64,000 nucleotides of DNA from Phoronis australis (GCA_002633005.1 NMRA01000737.1:104884-168883); one strand, 5' to 3'. Shown: positions 1-13,239, counted from the first letter of the stretch. Translations and numbers: made by a program. Notes: a model not told the origin generated them from the letters alone.

Positions 1-602
1 CTACTGGATGGCACTGTTACATGCCTACAACATATAGTGCATGGCAACAAATGGAAACGTCTGTCCGTTTTCCTAAAAGAGACTGGCAGACTTGAAAACT
101 TTCTTCACGAGGAGCCATAATTGGGGTCTCGTGCCTTTGCTCAAGTGTTTTGTGCAATGGGCCCAACCATGAGGCCTGCGCACGTCTGATGCACCGCAAA
201 TGACATCAGACCACCTGCACTTTTTTTAATTAATCACATTTTGAGTCACTACTTTTACTTTCGTTTCCAAACTAAACAATATCATAGCATTTACCATTAA
301 ATCAAAATGAGCGACTACATGTACACGTACATCAAGCCTTATTTTAATTATAGATATTTTCACAAATGAATTTATTTTCGTTTCAGGAAACAAGTTCACT
401 GTTATTATTGTAATACGAGCTTCAACGAACAGATTAATCAAGGCGTCACGGTGAAAGTACACCCTACCAGGCTTTTGAAATACAGTCACATACTTTTAGA
501 CGAAACCAAGTGGAACAAGAGGTTTCAAACAAAGACTCACCCAGCAATTGTTCCATGTGCCGTGTAAGCCAGGAGTAAACAAGTTGTTGATGCAGATGAA
601 AG

Positions 603-916
603 CAGTGGCGGATTTAGGAGGGGGGGGGTGTCAAGGGGGCCATGCCCCCCTAAAATTCTCCCAGATACCATTTGGCAGTACGGGTGCGAATTGCTGACTA
701 GCACATGCGCGCACCCAAGGGGGCTCGAGGGGTTAATGCGCAATTCACTCATAGGCCTTGAACAAACCCCGTTTACCCTTTTTAGTAATAAGATCCACAA
801 ACCCAAAAATTCGAGGCCCTTGCATCCCTACATTTTAGGCTGTGCGCGCGCATGTGGCAGAATTCTGACTATTCCTGTGCGTTGCCCTCCACCTCAAAAT
901 CCTGGATCCGCCCCTG
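603..916. mobile_element. MITE (CAGTGGCGGAT...ATCCGCCCCTG family, hAT-like termini) with a nested smaller element at ~704-855
   Basis: Terminal inverted repeats cagtggcggatttagga / tcctggatccgcccctg. Internal sequence matches 5083-5227. The inner catgcgcgcacc...gcgcgcatg unit resembles 54971-55230. No clean TSD seen. Confidence 0.7.
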
Positions 917-2056
917 CAAAGCGAGTGTCGAATCTTCTTGCAAGATTGTGACAGCAAAAGGAAAAAAACAAATACGCCAGTGAATTTAAGGAATGATGAT
1001 GAGCGTGCCTGACGGGAGCGAGAAGAATGCGGCAACACCATTCATGAGGTGATTCAAAGTTTACCGCTCATGAAAGTCTAGGATTTAAAAAAATTGCCAG
1101 AAGTGGTGATAACTGTTTTGCTAATAAAACGGGTGATATTTATTTTGTTGGATGTTTTACTGATATTATCGATAGAGATGAACAGATTGAGTTTTTTTTA
1201 TCAAAAACGTAGTTAAAATGTTGTCTTTAACATCACAGACACAATGTAGTGATTACACAGGAAATCAACAACAATATTAAAGCATTTCAGCTAGTGAAAG
1301 ATACTGTTTTACTGTCATGTGGTTATTCCAAAAAGGTTTCTTCCTGAACGAAGCTCCACAACATATATGCACATACAGCCCTTTGTCACATGCAGCAGTT
1401 GTGCTACTCTTTTTTGAAGGCGTGTATGTTAACACTCTGAAGGACTCCTCATGCGGCTACAGTTCAACTGAAAAATCAAACGCATTTAATCATATTTGTG
1501 AGGCTAAATTTCACACTGAAATCATGAAAAACGGTGAAAGTATAACAAACAATCGACCTGTCAACTAATTCATGGTAGTATTATTCTAAAATTATTGATA
1601 TAACACCGTAACTTGAACAATTATTCAGGAAAATGCACAGAAAAAATGTGCGTTCACGATCGCAGTTTTTTTGCTTTCACGATCGCCATGGAGAATTAAC
1701 AGCTTCGTTCCCGATCGCCGTCTCACGCAAGGACCTGCTTGTATCGGTAGATAGCTCGAATTGTTTCACAAATTATAACTAACAAAGGTGTCACCAGGGA
1801 CGATTTAACTATAAACGTCACACGTGTCCACTGGAGAACCCAGGAATTGCTAATAACAAGTAGAAATTGACGAATTTACGAGACGCAAGTCATTTTACCG
1901 AAAGCCATTGGCATTCTGCGGTCTCTCTTTCAAAAAATAGCAAAAGCCAAGTATTATTTCAGATCCACAACAACGGCTAAGCTCTGACGCTTTTCGGTGT
2001 GTCGCATTGGTACCAAAGTAGCCTCTATTTAAGAAGAAAATGACACTTAAACTCAC

Positions 2057-2081
2057 CGGGTACTTCACTGTCGTCTGCCAT
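2057..2081 (-). CDS. Possible first coding exon (MADDSEVP) of an unidentified gene running off the left edge
   Basis: aaaaATGGCAG start context, 25 nt open, then a consensus donor G|gtgagt. The upstream region (2100-2160) is CpG-rich. Downstream exons could not be assigned. Confidence 0.3.
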
Positions 2082-2604
2082 TTTTGGTGTAAGGTATCGT
2101 TCTTGATTGCCTTCCGGGCGTTCTCGATCGCGGGTTGGCCGGGGTGGTGTTAGTGTTGCTGAAAATTGAATTCAGTTGTGTGTGAATGACGGGAGTTCGT
2201 TTTTAATATTACAACAAAAGACAGCAGCAAGTGTGAAACACGATAAACGATAAATGGTGAATGAACTCTGTTGGTGCAAAATGCATTACAAAAAAGAGCT
2301 GCTGTGTTTATGATTGCTTGATTTATTACAAATGGCTAATTCTAGACGTTGTCTGTCAGTGAAGGCCGCTGACTTAACCAGTTTTGTCGATGAATATTCA
2401 GTTGCTTCTCATGAGGTACCGGTAGAGGTTTCAATTCCGTGCTGTTGTAAAATAAAACAAAAAACGTTTTCTTGCCAAGAATGTCCTTTTCACTTAAGAT
2501 CTAAGTTAGTTCAGCGGCAAAGCGTTAGGGAGAAATGTAGCAACCAATAACGGAATCGAGAAATTCACGTCGTTAACTAAATTGGTCAGATAGGCAGGGA
2601 CTCT

Positions 2605-2740
2605 GTAGCTTCGTGGTTAATTTAGGCCAGGCTCAGTCGCAACCGACAGGACGTGTGTTCAATGCCTAGCTTTTCCGTGTAGTTGCAGCATTGGGTAAGT
2701 TACATAGAAGAATACTGAACCCGACTTTGACCAAATACAT
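2605..2740 (+). mobile_element. Degenerate tRNA-derived SINE fragment
   Basis: A-box-like tagcttcgtggttaa and B-box-like gtgttcaatgcc, followed by a cattgggtaag core-like stretch. No cloverleaf. Confidence 0.3.
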
Positions 2741-4793
2741 CTATCAACAACAACTTTCCCATCAAGGTTTATAAAACAAAGTAATCCTCTGTAAACCTTG
2801 TCTAAACTCAACAAATTAAAGCAAAATTTTAAAACTCCTTACAAAGTTTGTTAAACGGCAAAGCGTGACCCTATGTTTTAAACAGGTTTCGAAAAAACTG
2901 TGTGGAAAGAACGCCAATCAATAACCATAACATCCGTTCTGTGAGGCAGTACATGTAAGCTTGTGTTTCGGTTTAATCGTGCTTTCATCACTCAAGTGAG
3001 ACGCCAATGATACTTTAGCAGGTGACTAAGAAGGCTTAGATGAAATCACCAAACAAAACATGATTTCATTTTTTTAAACAAATTGTTTTGTGTTCGTCTA
3101 CGAGGGCTTCATAAAAATAACGAATTTGTTAAAAGCTACTGTAATCAGCATAGCTATAACCAGTTGAGTTGGCATGTCTGGGAAGTAACCTGTGATGAAG
3201 TTGAGAACATGAAGTGTAATTAACATCATGAACCTCGTGCGTCACGAATGTTTTACCTTCACTTAGTGTTGATTAAGTCGTATATAAATCAATGTGATAA
3301 CGGCGAAACATTTGAATACGTGATCCGTTGTGCTTTGCGATATTGTACTGTAAACATATGTTGTATGCAATCGGGTTTTACGTTTTTTAAATCTGGGACC
3401 AATTTTAGTTGTTCAAACATCTAAACGCAAGGATTGAATGTAGTTCTATATGTACACATAAACGATTTGTGCATTACTCTTTAGCGCTGTGAGAAACAAA
3501 AACGTTTTTCACTTGACAGTCCAAAATGGTTTGAAAAAGAAAGCATATCTTTCATTCTCGGATATTTCCAGACATAACACATTTTGTGTAATACAATTGC
3601 ACATTTGGACCAGGAGTCCAAGCTCTGTACTAGAAAATAACAAAATAATATGAAGTTGGAATATTAATGATATATCAACCACGATACATTCACCAAATCC
3701 AATTCCCAATCCCACCATTTCACAGTGCAACCAAAAAGTTTATCCGGTTGGCTTCAACATCACACACTGCACCGGAACCTATCACATGATCGCCAGTTCG
3801 AAGATCCACGCAGTAGGATGGATAACCTGCTACTTCCAGTCTTTACTAAATGGAGACAGAATATTCACTTCATGATACAGTTTACAGCACGACTTTTCCA
3901 CAACAGTTTAACTTTTGAAATATAGAGTGCCAGGCTTTTTAGTACACAAAGATCATTGCTTTGAAATAATCTAGCTACTCTTGCGCCATCTGTCATATTC
4001 GCCAGCCAAAAGTACTTTAGGCTTGTCAGCTCTGCCTTTAGTCGACTTTTGGAGTATTGAATCTTCGGAGTAGTGAACCTTCGGAGTTATGAACTTTCAT
4101 AGTAGTGACGCGTAACCCGTACAGCACGACCCCTGCCTCATGCCTTGGGTGCTAGCTTTGGGTCACGCCTTTCCGGATCGGAAGTCATTTTCGACCTTGC
4201 TTGCTCTTGTATCCCTACAGGTATTCCCCGTTGGCACCAATTGCAAACCCCGGTAACCACAAAATTTTATAGGGCCCGTACATGTATGCTTAGTGATGCA
4301 TTTCCTTTCCATTCAAAGCGTTAAACCACATAATGAGTTTCGTCAATTGAACGATATGCATGTAATTAAAATATAAAATTTGATAACTTTCACCCCTATT
4401 TGTGTTTGTCTTATTTTACTATTATTTTTTTACTTTCTTTAAAAAATGAAGGAAGTATCCGAAACACTCGTCAGCTGTCGTAACCAATGCTTTGAGGCTG
4501 ATTGATATGTACGTGTATCGTACATCTAAGGAGAAATGATGTAGTTTTATACAAAATGTCACAAGAAATGGTCCAGATTGTACGCAGTTTCCAACTTTCA
4601 TTGCTAATAAGTGTAAATGACTAAGAACATGTAGAGGGATTTTGTAACAATTGCATATTTTTATGTAACAACTTTATGTGACTAGCTTATGTGTCCTACT
4701 GCTAATCAAAGGTAGTCTTAAAACTATTAACAAGAGATTTCCATGGTAACAAGTAGCAGCATATGTTGATAAAACCAACAATGGATATAAACC

Positions 4794-4837
4794 AGTTGAC
4801 ATGTTTCGGCGTTTATAAAAACACCATCCTCAGAAGC
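4794..4837 (-). ncRNA. Minimal type I hammerhead ribozyme (in inverted pLTR)
   Basis: Minus strand reads gctt CTGAGGA t ggtgttt-ttat-aaacgcc GAAAC AT GTC aact: conserved core, 7-bp stem II, palindromic minimal stem III, GUC cleavage triplet. Stem I is weak. Confidence 0.7.
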
Positions 4838-5082
4838 ATAAACAATGGCTACCTTACTAAGCCCAACAACAAGTAATGATACACAGACAGTCAGTTACAG
4901 TGACCACTTGACTAAGCCCAACAACAAGTAATGATACACAGACCGTCAGTTACAGGAGTGTAACAGCTGACTAGACTAACAATGACCACCAGGTGGTGTG
5001 TCACGTGCCTATTGAGACTGGGCTTACACCATTCGCCATTTGAAAACCCGAACCAGGGAACACCTAAATTCTGACAGAAGAG

Positions 5083-5227
5083 CAGTTGCGGATTTAGAGG
5101 GCGGCCAAGAGGGCCATGGCCTCCCTAAAATTCTCCTAGATTCCATTAGGCAGTTCAGCGGGAGTGCGAATCCTGGCTAATATTCTGCCCTGGTCCCCCC
5201 TAATTCAAAATCGTGGATCCGCCCCTG
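5083..5227. mobile_element. MITE of the same family as 603-916, inserted in the Penelope-like ORF
   Basis: cagttgcggatttag ... tggatccgcccctg termini. Shares the internal ccctaaaattctcc..gat.ccatt.ggcagt with 603-916. Confidence 0.7.
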
Positions 5228-5472
5228 AAGTGCACATGTTAATATTCATCTACAGAGTTACAGTGTATGAGCAATGCTCTTTCATTGACTTTGCTGTAAC
5301 AGACCAATCAGAAACAACAATGGAGCTGAAAATTCGTGAGGCTCTACGCATTAATTGGCTTCACTAGGCAACTGGCACACCACAGGATGTCATGCTATTC
5401 TAGTCTCTTGTTACTGTCTGTGTCTGTGTATCGTTACTTGTTGTTGGGCGTAGCAAGGTGGCCACTGTTTTT

Positions 5473-5516
5473 GCTTCTGAGGATAGTGTTTTAATAAACG
5501 AAGAAACGTGTCAAGC
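5473..5516 (+). ncRNA. Minimal type I hammerhead ribozyme (3' pLTR)
   Basis: gctt CTGAGGA tagtgttt-taat-aaacgaa GAAAC GT GTC aagc: intact core and stem I (gctt/aagc). The closing pairs of stem II have decayed. Confidence 0.6.
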
Positions 5517-7068
5517 TGATTTAAATCCATTGTTGTTTTTTATTCATGGTGACTAGAGATCATTAATTAATATTATTAATGGAAAATTTAGACAGCAATT
5601 TCGACAAGCTATGGGAAAAGTTGGCTACATGAATTTTGCGAAAACAACTGACAATCAAAATCATTAAAACAGTATTTTCTTTAAAGTTAAAGTCACGTGT
5701 ACAACATATGACGGCAAAAGTGTTTGAAGTTGCACTGTAGTTCAATAGTACATTAAATTACCGGAATTTCCGTATCTATGTCGCTTCTCGAAAGTGCAGA
5801 AGTATTTATCAAAAAACACATTTTCGAGTCTGATTTTGATGTGCAAGTTTTCTACGCACACCTTACTCTTCATCAACGATGCTTTCCTAAACACGACCTT
5901 CAAAGAAATTCTATTATTGGAATTCTTTGTAGGGAAATTATCAATATTTTATCGCTATAAAACTATCGAGAATACCAGTTTTGGATAGTTTGCTGCTAAT
6001 GATCGTCAAATTCGTCACACTTTTCAAAGGCGTCAATGCTTGTTGTTTCTTTAAATACAATCCACCATTTGGTACTGCTGTGTTTGACGTGAGTATGGTT
6101 TGTATTTTTAACCAATTGGAAAGTGTGCATAGAGCACTTCCTCTCTGGTATTCCTATGCACGTGTCACCCTTTACTATGAAAAGCTATGCCATTAAAAAC
6201 TGGAAAAGAATGGCAGCCAATTCCATCATCGGATAACCCTCCGAGAGGTGACCTTCCTTATCCTATAAAACTGCGCGATTTCAGCGAAAGCGAAATAATT
6301 GATTGCGTCATTAGAGGCCCTCCGTGAGCGGTCCCTTAAGAAGGATGTCATATAACTAAAAAAAGAATGGACTTAGATGAAATCAATGGGTCCCCACCAA
6401 GAGCGTGTGAAGGTGAAATGAGCAGCAATTGATGCTATCGCCAGGGCTCCAGACCGCCAGGTTCCCAAAGTTGCACGCGCTTTCAAAACACGGAAGAAAG
6501 AAAGAGACAAACTATTTAATGTCTTCTTGAGTTTAAAAATTAGAATCAATTTGAATTTGACAATTTCTGAATAGAAAATTTTCTCGGATTTTTGAAGCAT
6601 GTGATTAAAATCACGTTCAAGGCGCTCGATGCTTCGATTTTGGGGCTGAATGAGGAAAACGGAAGGCTTTGATGAGCCGGATGCACGTACACAAACCGTG
6701 CATGTTTGTGACAGCATTAGGTATATGTACATGGAAGCGCACTTTTTACTAAGAAACAACAGCCATTTGTATGAAATTAAATTTATTTGAAACCTCACAT
6801 ATATAGCTGCATGCACATATCTTATTTAAAATGACATTTTCCGTTATAAAATCGGCCTTCTCTTGTTCCTTTTTAATAATTGCTTGACTTTAAAAGATCT
6901 GATATTTCACGATTATTTCAGAGCACGCCCAATTACTTCCTTGTCACGGCGAGTTAGTCTCAGTTGTCAAAGCAGTAGGGACGTCAATTGGGCGGTCCCA
7001 GATAGAAATACCATCTCTTCCTTAGAGGTACAAAAATAAGTTATTGCACTGGTCTCTTTTTACAAATG

Positions 7069-7188
7069 TCAGGTTGATTCCAGGAATAGTGCCAGAAAAT
7101 ATCCAACCCACGGATACTTCTCAAGTTTATCCGACATTCTTCCATCGGAGTTGCATCCAACAGCACCGCAGTAACACTTCGCTGGCAT
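7069..7188 (-). pseudogene. THAP zinc-finger N-terminal fragment (DNA transposon remnant)
   Basis: MPAKCYCGAVGCNSDGRMSDKLEKYPWV matches the THAP start pattern M-x-C-x4-C-N. It is truncated. Confidence 0.45.
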
Positions 7189-8670
7189 TAGAAGTGGAAT
7201 ACAGTTTGTGAATAAAACTTGAAAAATTAAAGCACTGTCAAATAACGTGTTAGACTCCAATGACGCCAAAACGAGGCTAGGGACAACTGCTCGACAGATG
7301 ATGAGCATTTTGTGCATGTAGATACCACGTGATCCAGGACTTTTCTATTCCTGCCGATTTATCACAACCAACTTTAATTCAAACAAAGGGCAGGAGTGTG
7401 ATGGCGTTGAGTTGGAAGATCAAATATTTTTGAGAAGATGGTGACACAGTTATAGCAGCTCTGATTTTAATAATATCTAAGAATTTGACGATTATGATGT
7501 CACAGACAGAGAACGCAGTAGTAAAATCACCAGTCTGATATGTCTCCAATCGAAGTCACATGGATTTTCGATAATATTTTTTTCCATTTTTTGCCAAATA
7601 ATCGCCATAATTAACCACTTTCCGATTTCCAAAGGGTTGCCACGTTGGTACAAACGCAAATATTTTGAACTTCATAAAAACGCTTTGAGTAGTGACGCGG
7701 TTACTAAATCTATTTGTCTATACCAAGCTCTAGCCTATTTACATTAGCACAACGTTTCGGACAGTCATTTTCGGTCATCCTATTACATTCTTAGAAGAAC
7801 GAGCTCGGACATCTGGTACACTTATTGCAGTCAATGATTAGAATTTTTTCAAAACTGCAATTCCATAAAAAGAACTGACTATTGACCATCATAGGTGTAT
7901 TGGATATCGGTGCTGTGAAGGCTGCAACACCTGAAAGACGCATGGAACGCAAAAACTTGTAAAAATACCTTTTACTGAACAGATCGTGACGAATCTACAC
8001 CTTGGAAATGCTAACGTGAGAGTTATTCACTTTAAATATTGAAAGAATTTCTAGAAAAAGATAGTCAGATTCATTATTTTTGAAACATAGAAGAAATATA
8101 AAGTCGTTCATACCATATTAGGGAAATGTGGTACTTCTATGTCTTGACATACCAAATAAGGAGAAGTGCTTTGCCGTGTTGAGAGAAAATGGAGATGTGA
8201 CAAGCAGTTGACAGGTCGTTTTTGAAATTTGAAACAAAAGGGAAAATGCCTTGTCATCAACAGAAATTCAAAAATCCTTATGAACAACTGGCGCAAGTAC
8301 CTAGTGAACAATCTGACCAGTGTGTCAGTGGCAGGTAACCACTTTGCATCACGCAGATTTGTCTGTTCCATACCACTTGAAGATGCCTGAAGAAATGACC
8401 GTCCTCTACGCGTTAGTGTAAATAGACTAATAGATTTACAGATCCATGGGGTGTCGATCACTGCTCCGCAAGTGCGACAGGAACGACATAAAGATCCCCA
8501 ATAATAAAATGATTCATGTGTCCAACGGATTTTGCTTCTCAGAAGACGTGGTACCCAAGCATAGTCAGTTTTAAGTTATATCAGCTCTGGGAAATCGTGA
8601 ATCGCGTCCCTTCTTACGAGGAACCCTTGGCATCACGTCTTCGCATGTCACGTCTTCACATATCACGTCT

Positions 8671-8816
8671 TCACATATCGTCGATCTCCTCTACTATTAT
8701 CCTGGACGAGGAACCAAAGCCCGTGCGTGCATTGCCAATTGGATGGGTTCGGCACGGTCCAACACAAAGCGCTACTGACACATTACCTCTAGGAATGCCC
8801 GAACACATGCCTTCAA
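8671..8816 (-). CDS. CTHRC1-like gene A, terminal coding exon
   Basis: ttttcag acceptor, phase 1. Encodes (F)[47 protein letters not shown], like the CTHRC1 end EGLCEGI...VGTC...GDASTGW.S.SRIIIEE. At 146 nt it is the same length as the gene B exon. Confidence 0.92.
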
Positions 8817-10350
8817 CTGAAAACAGAGAGAACAGTTACATGATATGCTGTCCCATGAGTGTACATTTAAGTAATTTAAATCGCTTATTTCATTCTTTCT
8901 AACTTCACTCTGACGCAATAATGTAACATTAATGTACTTAACAAATGTCGAGCTGCCTTGAAATCGCAGTTCAACTGTAAGTTAACAGTCTATTTGAATT
9001 TTGTGTTGTTTTCATAGCTCACAACGAACATCGGACAACTCGTGCATAAGGCAGATTCAAGTCTTAGATCGCTATTACGTGGATGATTCAACTGCGAAGT
9101 GTATTATTGAACGTGTAATCAAGGTATTCTTCAAAGTAATTACTTTGAAAAATGCACGATGTAGAAAAAGACACTGGTTTACGTCCACCACACCTCTGAC
9201 GCTGTCAGGAAACAATTGTGTTGTTAAATTCTTGTTAATTTCGGAATTGACACATCTGCTTTACGCTTGCCGTCCTCACAAAAGAAAGAGGACGAAAATA
9301 AGACGAGTTTGCTACATGATCTTCTACGTCACAAGAATACAGCAATTTGTCAGCACAGGATTGTTTCTCGAAGAGTGTATTGTCTTTTGCCTAAAGTTAA
9401 GTCCATGAATGTCTTAGCCTGTTTCAGAAAATCAGGCAAAAGTAGGAAAATTTGTCTACAACTTGAAGCTAAAACATGAAAATCATAAGCCTGCTTGGGG
9501 GTGGGGGGGGCAAACTAAAGACCGAAGTCAAAAGAAAAAGTGTACTTTTTGGCAATAAACTCTTCGAGAAATAGGCGACTGATAGCGGTTGTTGTTTATT
9601 GCGTTATTCGGAGACGAAACAGTTGACTTCTCTGAGACCTTATGGTCAGGTTTATTAGCGTTATCCTTATCCTCGTTGTCGAATCTACCGATAACAAGGT
9701 TGTTTTGTCTACGTACTCTAATTCTAAGACTCGTCCGGCAAGTTAACTACAATCAGACTAGTCGCTGATGGACCAATTGGGGAGTCTCATTTGTTTTCAG
9801 AGTACGGACAGTGTTACATCACCAAGTAAGCTGTTGTTAGGAAACCTAATTGGGCCTATTGGACATTTTATGATACAGTTTCTCTTATCAGAACCATTTA
9901 ATAGCAAATCACTAGACCTGCAACAGTGAACAATTTGCAAGTAGGTTTTAATGTTCGACAGACGTCTGGAGTGATGTCAAGGGCTTCAGCTCTATTTCAG
10001 AGATGAAAAATGTTGCCGAAAACAGTTCTTGTGAGAAATCTCAAGCACTACGACAGCTGTTTACATTGAATAATGAACGGAGCAGTGCACGTGCACGTAC
10101 CGGATCGCCCGACACTTAATTCCTGTTGTCTGTGTCCGTATTCAAAGATTACACACCTATAACTCATTTTTTCTTGTCTTGAATGATCTCTTTCTCGTGC
10201 ACCATAAGTACTAGCATTTTTTGTTGGCATGACCCTGCCAGTTTTTCCAAGTAGCTGCCCTCTTGGCTCTCCTTTCGAACACAGGCTGTAGCAAGGGTTT
10301 TGATTAGTCAAAATCTGAATGGCCAATCACCACGAGATGTTAATACTTAC

Positions 10351-10543
10351 AATAAATCGACTTAAGCATGCTGTCAGCCGTGTCCTGATAGTGTGCTACT
10401 TCAATCTTTCCCGGTTCAATGCATTCCGAGCCGTTCAGTGTAAAATACCAACGGCTGCACACGCTAGCTTCTTCCACCCCGATATTACCAGAAAAAGCCA
10501 CACTCAGCTGGGTGTTTGAATTCCTTTTATAAAAGTGAAATTC
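10351..10543 (-). CDS. CTHRC1-like gene A, C-terminal-domain exon
   Basis: tttcag acceptor and gtaagt donor, 193 nt, phase 0->1. Encodes EFHFYKRNSNTQLSVAFSGNIGVEEASVCSRWYFTLNGSECIEPGKIEVAHYQDTADSMLKSIY, containing the CxRWYFTxNGxEC signature. Confidence 0.93.
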
Positions 10544-11160
10544 CTGAAACAGTTGCATCAAATTAGGAACACTAGTTGGGGTTGAATAAATTTGATAGGA
10601 CCCCAACTGGTGTGCTGACAGTTCTTTTTCAAAATGTCACATTTCGTCATATAACGGGTAATCCATAAGAAGATCTTGGCACATTAGGAGAGAGAGTGGA
10701 AGATGGGTACACGGTATGGTGAGGGAGGGAGTGGGAGACAGGCGATGCATAACAAGGATTAGCCGCGAGGAGGAGAAAACAGCGGAGTACATGAAGGAGT
10801 GGTGGTGTTGGGATCACGGAAAGGAAGAATGATTGTGGTACATGTATACAAGAATGGCTTTTCTGACATTTCCCATGTAATTAATAGCTTGGAGAGCTCA
10901 ATAGTTGAGGTGTGGCGCTGACGAAGAGATCCGCAAATCAGCTACCTCCTTCAAGTGTCATTGAACTAACCTCAAAGCTCATTGCCGATTACCATCAAAG
11001 GGAAGTGGTTTGTAAAATATGCCAGTTAAGCTAGTTCTTTCAAGAGGTTTCTTATTTTATCGGGGGTAGCTTTTCGTCTGCGCCATCACCTGGTACACGT
11101 GAACATAGCGCGCAGCGGTTTTAATAACATGCGCCTCTCTAGGTTTTCTGTCTATGCTAC

Positions 11161-11231
11161 CTTAAGTATGCCTCTTCTCATTGTTTGTTCACCAGTCCAC
11201 GTAAACTGTCGTAAGTGTCTTGAATGATAAC
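11161..11231 (-). CDS. CTHRC1-like gene A, linker exon
   Basis: tttcag acceptor and gtagc donor, 71 nt, phase 1->0 fits both neighbours. (G)YHSRHLRQFTWTGEQTMRRGILK shares RQFTW with the gene B exon at 40668. Confidence 0.85.
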
Positions 11232-13239
11232 CTGAAATATGTACATGTATAGAACTATAGGTATATAAGAAGTTTGTCAACCAACTGAGAACAGAGATGT
11301 AAATCTTACTTTGACCACGACTTGCGCAACATCCATCAGTAGCGCCATGATTTCCTTCACCACAAAACACCACTTGCATTATTTTCTAATTGTTGCTATC
11401 ACTATTGTGATGTTACACGTCTTTTTGGGATTTCGCGTTAAGTACTACTCTTTGCACAAAGACTACAACGTAAAATGCGTAAATTTAATTAATTTTTATC
11501 CAAGGCAAGCTGTGAAGCGCCCCCAACAACTATACGTTTTATGATATTTGCGTTCACAGAACAACCCCAATGGCTATCAATGATGTCAAAACAGATTCCA
11601 CTCTTAAAATTTGTGTGATATTTAACTTCAGCGCTACTCGTGATCGTAATCCATTCTGTTCCATGTCCTTTTATCCATTTTACAACCTCTAAAAAGAGAC
11701 TCCAGGTTCAACAATAGTTAAAATGCGATTTTGAATACCCGATATCTTGCACACAATTTAACTCGCCAAAATTATGTCCAAGGTCTTCAACTGAAGACAC
11801 AGTAGTGGGTTTAGGAAGTGTCTCATTTCAAAAGTTGAATTGCACCCTCTGCTTTATCCAAAATGTAAGAACAACGCAACTACTGGCAATGAAAAAATAA
11901 ATGTCCCCGCGCAATAGCAACAGTTGTTGGGAGCTTGGGTTACAACTGCTCAATTTCACTCTGACAGCAAAAAAGCGAACTCGAATTGATACCTTTGTAT
12001 AACAACAACACCTTTTAAATGGATTCCTTCTTGTGTTATATATAAAAATTCACTTGTTCTAAGAAATGTGATCTTGGGTAACAAAGATAGGCAATTAAAC
12101 CGAACAGCATATTTTGTTCTAATCAGTGTGTCAGAATAAATATTGATTAAGTAATTAGTAAGAACTGATTCAATTTAAGTTGCCCAAAATTTGTTCATAT
12201 GTACTTTTAAATTATGGGGTCAAACTTGTTGACATGTGCTTTAACGTCAAAATCTATTTTTAAACAGCTTTGGATTCTGGTGTCAAAGCACTCTAGAGAT
12301 TCTAGAAATTTCTGAGAACAAACAGTAACAGCCAATGACATGATCGGATATGATCAGCCAATCGCTGAATAAATAGAATATTATAGTATGGGCTAAAATC
12401 AAGAAGATATTCAGATGCGCTATAGTAGTTGAAACATAGACTTGCTATAGTGTACAGAGAAAATTGTACGACAGAGCCATCTCGTGGAAGATTCTAGAAA
12501 GGATCTTGGCAAGGGCAAGGGTTAGGTGGCACTGAATAGTTAGGCTGTGGCCGCGGCCACTTTGCACAACCAAAATATTAAAATCTAGGGGTAGGCCAGG
12601 CTTGGGGGCATTTTTAGTTAGGTATTGTATGTAGGCCAAATGTGTTTTTTATTTTTTGCATTTGTGAACATACTGAGAATGAAAAAAGGTCACTTTCTCG
12701 GCTGTAGCTGCCCTCTTCTTCAAGATGGTGGCTCCTGTTGAAATTGTGTATTGCTGTATAGCAACTGAGAAATTGGCAGCGATTTCAGGTAGCCCTCAAA
12801 CAAGACAGATTTGCAAAAAAATAGTTGGTTGACAGTACTTTTGGACTACATTTTTGGAATCGGTAGGAAATTTGCTTTCGGAATCTAATGTTGGCTTTAG
12901 TCGAGCATCGGCAGGGAAATGGTGATTTTGGGGTGAAAAGTGCCGATTTTGCATTTTTGCCCTTATTTTTCTTAGTTCAGCTTGGTTTCCACTGGCAGTG
13001 AAAGGGTAAAAAATACAAGAGATAATAAAGTTTCTAAGCTCATCTGTAGGACTTGTGATTTGAAATGACTCAAAACATTTCTTTATTTACATGCAGTTTT
13101 TGACAGAGTGAAGAAAGGGTGAAGAGTGCATTGGCGTGTGTTGAGATAGGCAAATCCCTGTGAGAACTGTTCAGTGCCTCCTTAACGAACAGGAAGTTAA
13201 CTAAGAACTTGTCACTTGCTTCGTGGGTAGTAAGGTACT

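Larger units (their letters stand above)
4768..5546 (+). mobile_element. Penelope-like retroelement, 5'-truncated, with inverted pseudo-LTR and GIY-YIG endonuclease remnant
   Basis: 4768-4955 is the reverse complement of ~5405-5546. Between them lie TIRHLKTRTREHLNSD (~5028-5075) and FAVTDQSETTMELKIREALRINW (~5290-5360), typical of PLE GIY-YIG C-termini. Both repeats carry hammerhead cores. A MITE interrupts it at 5083-5227. Confidence 0.8.
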
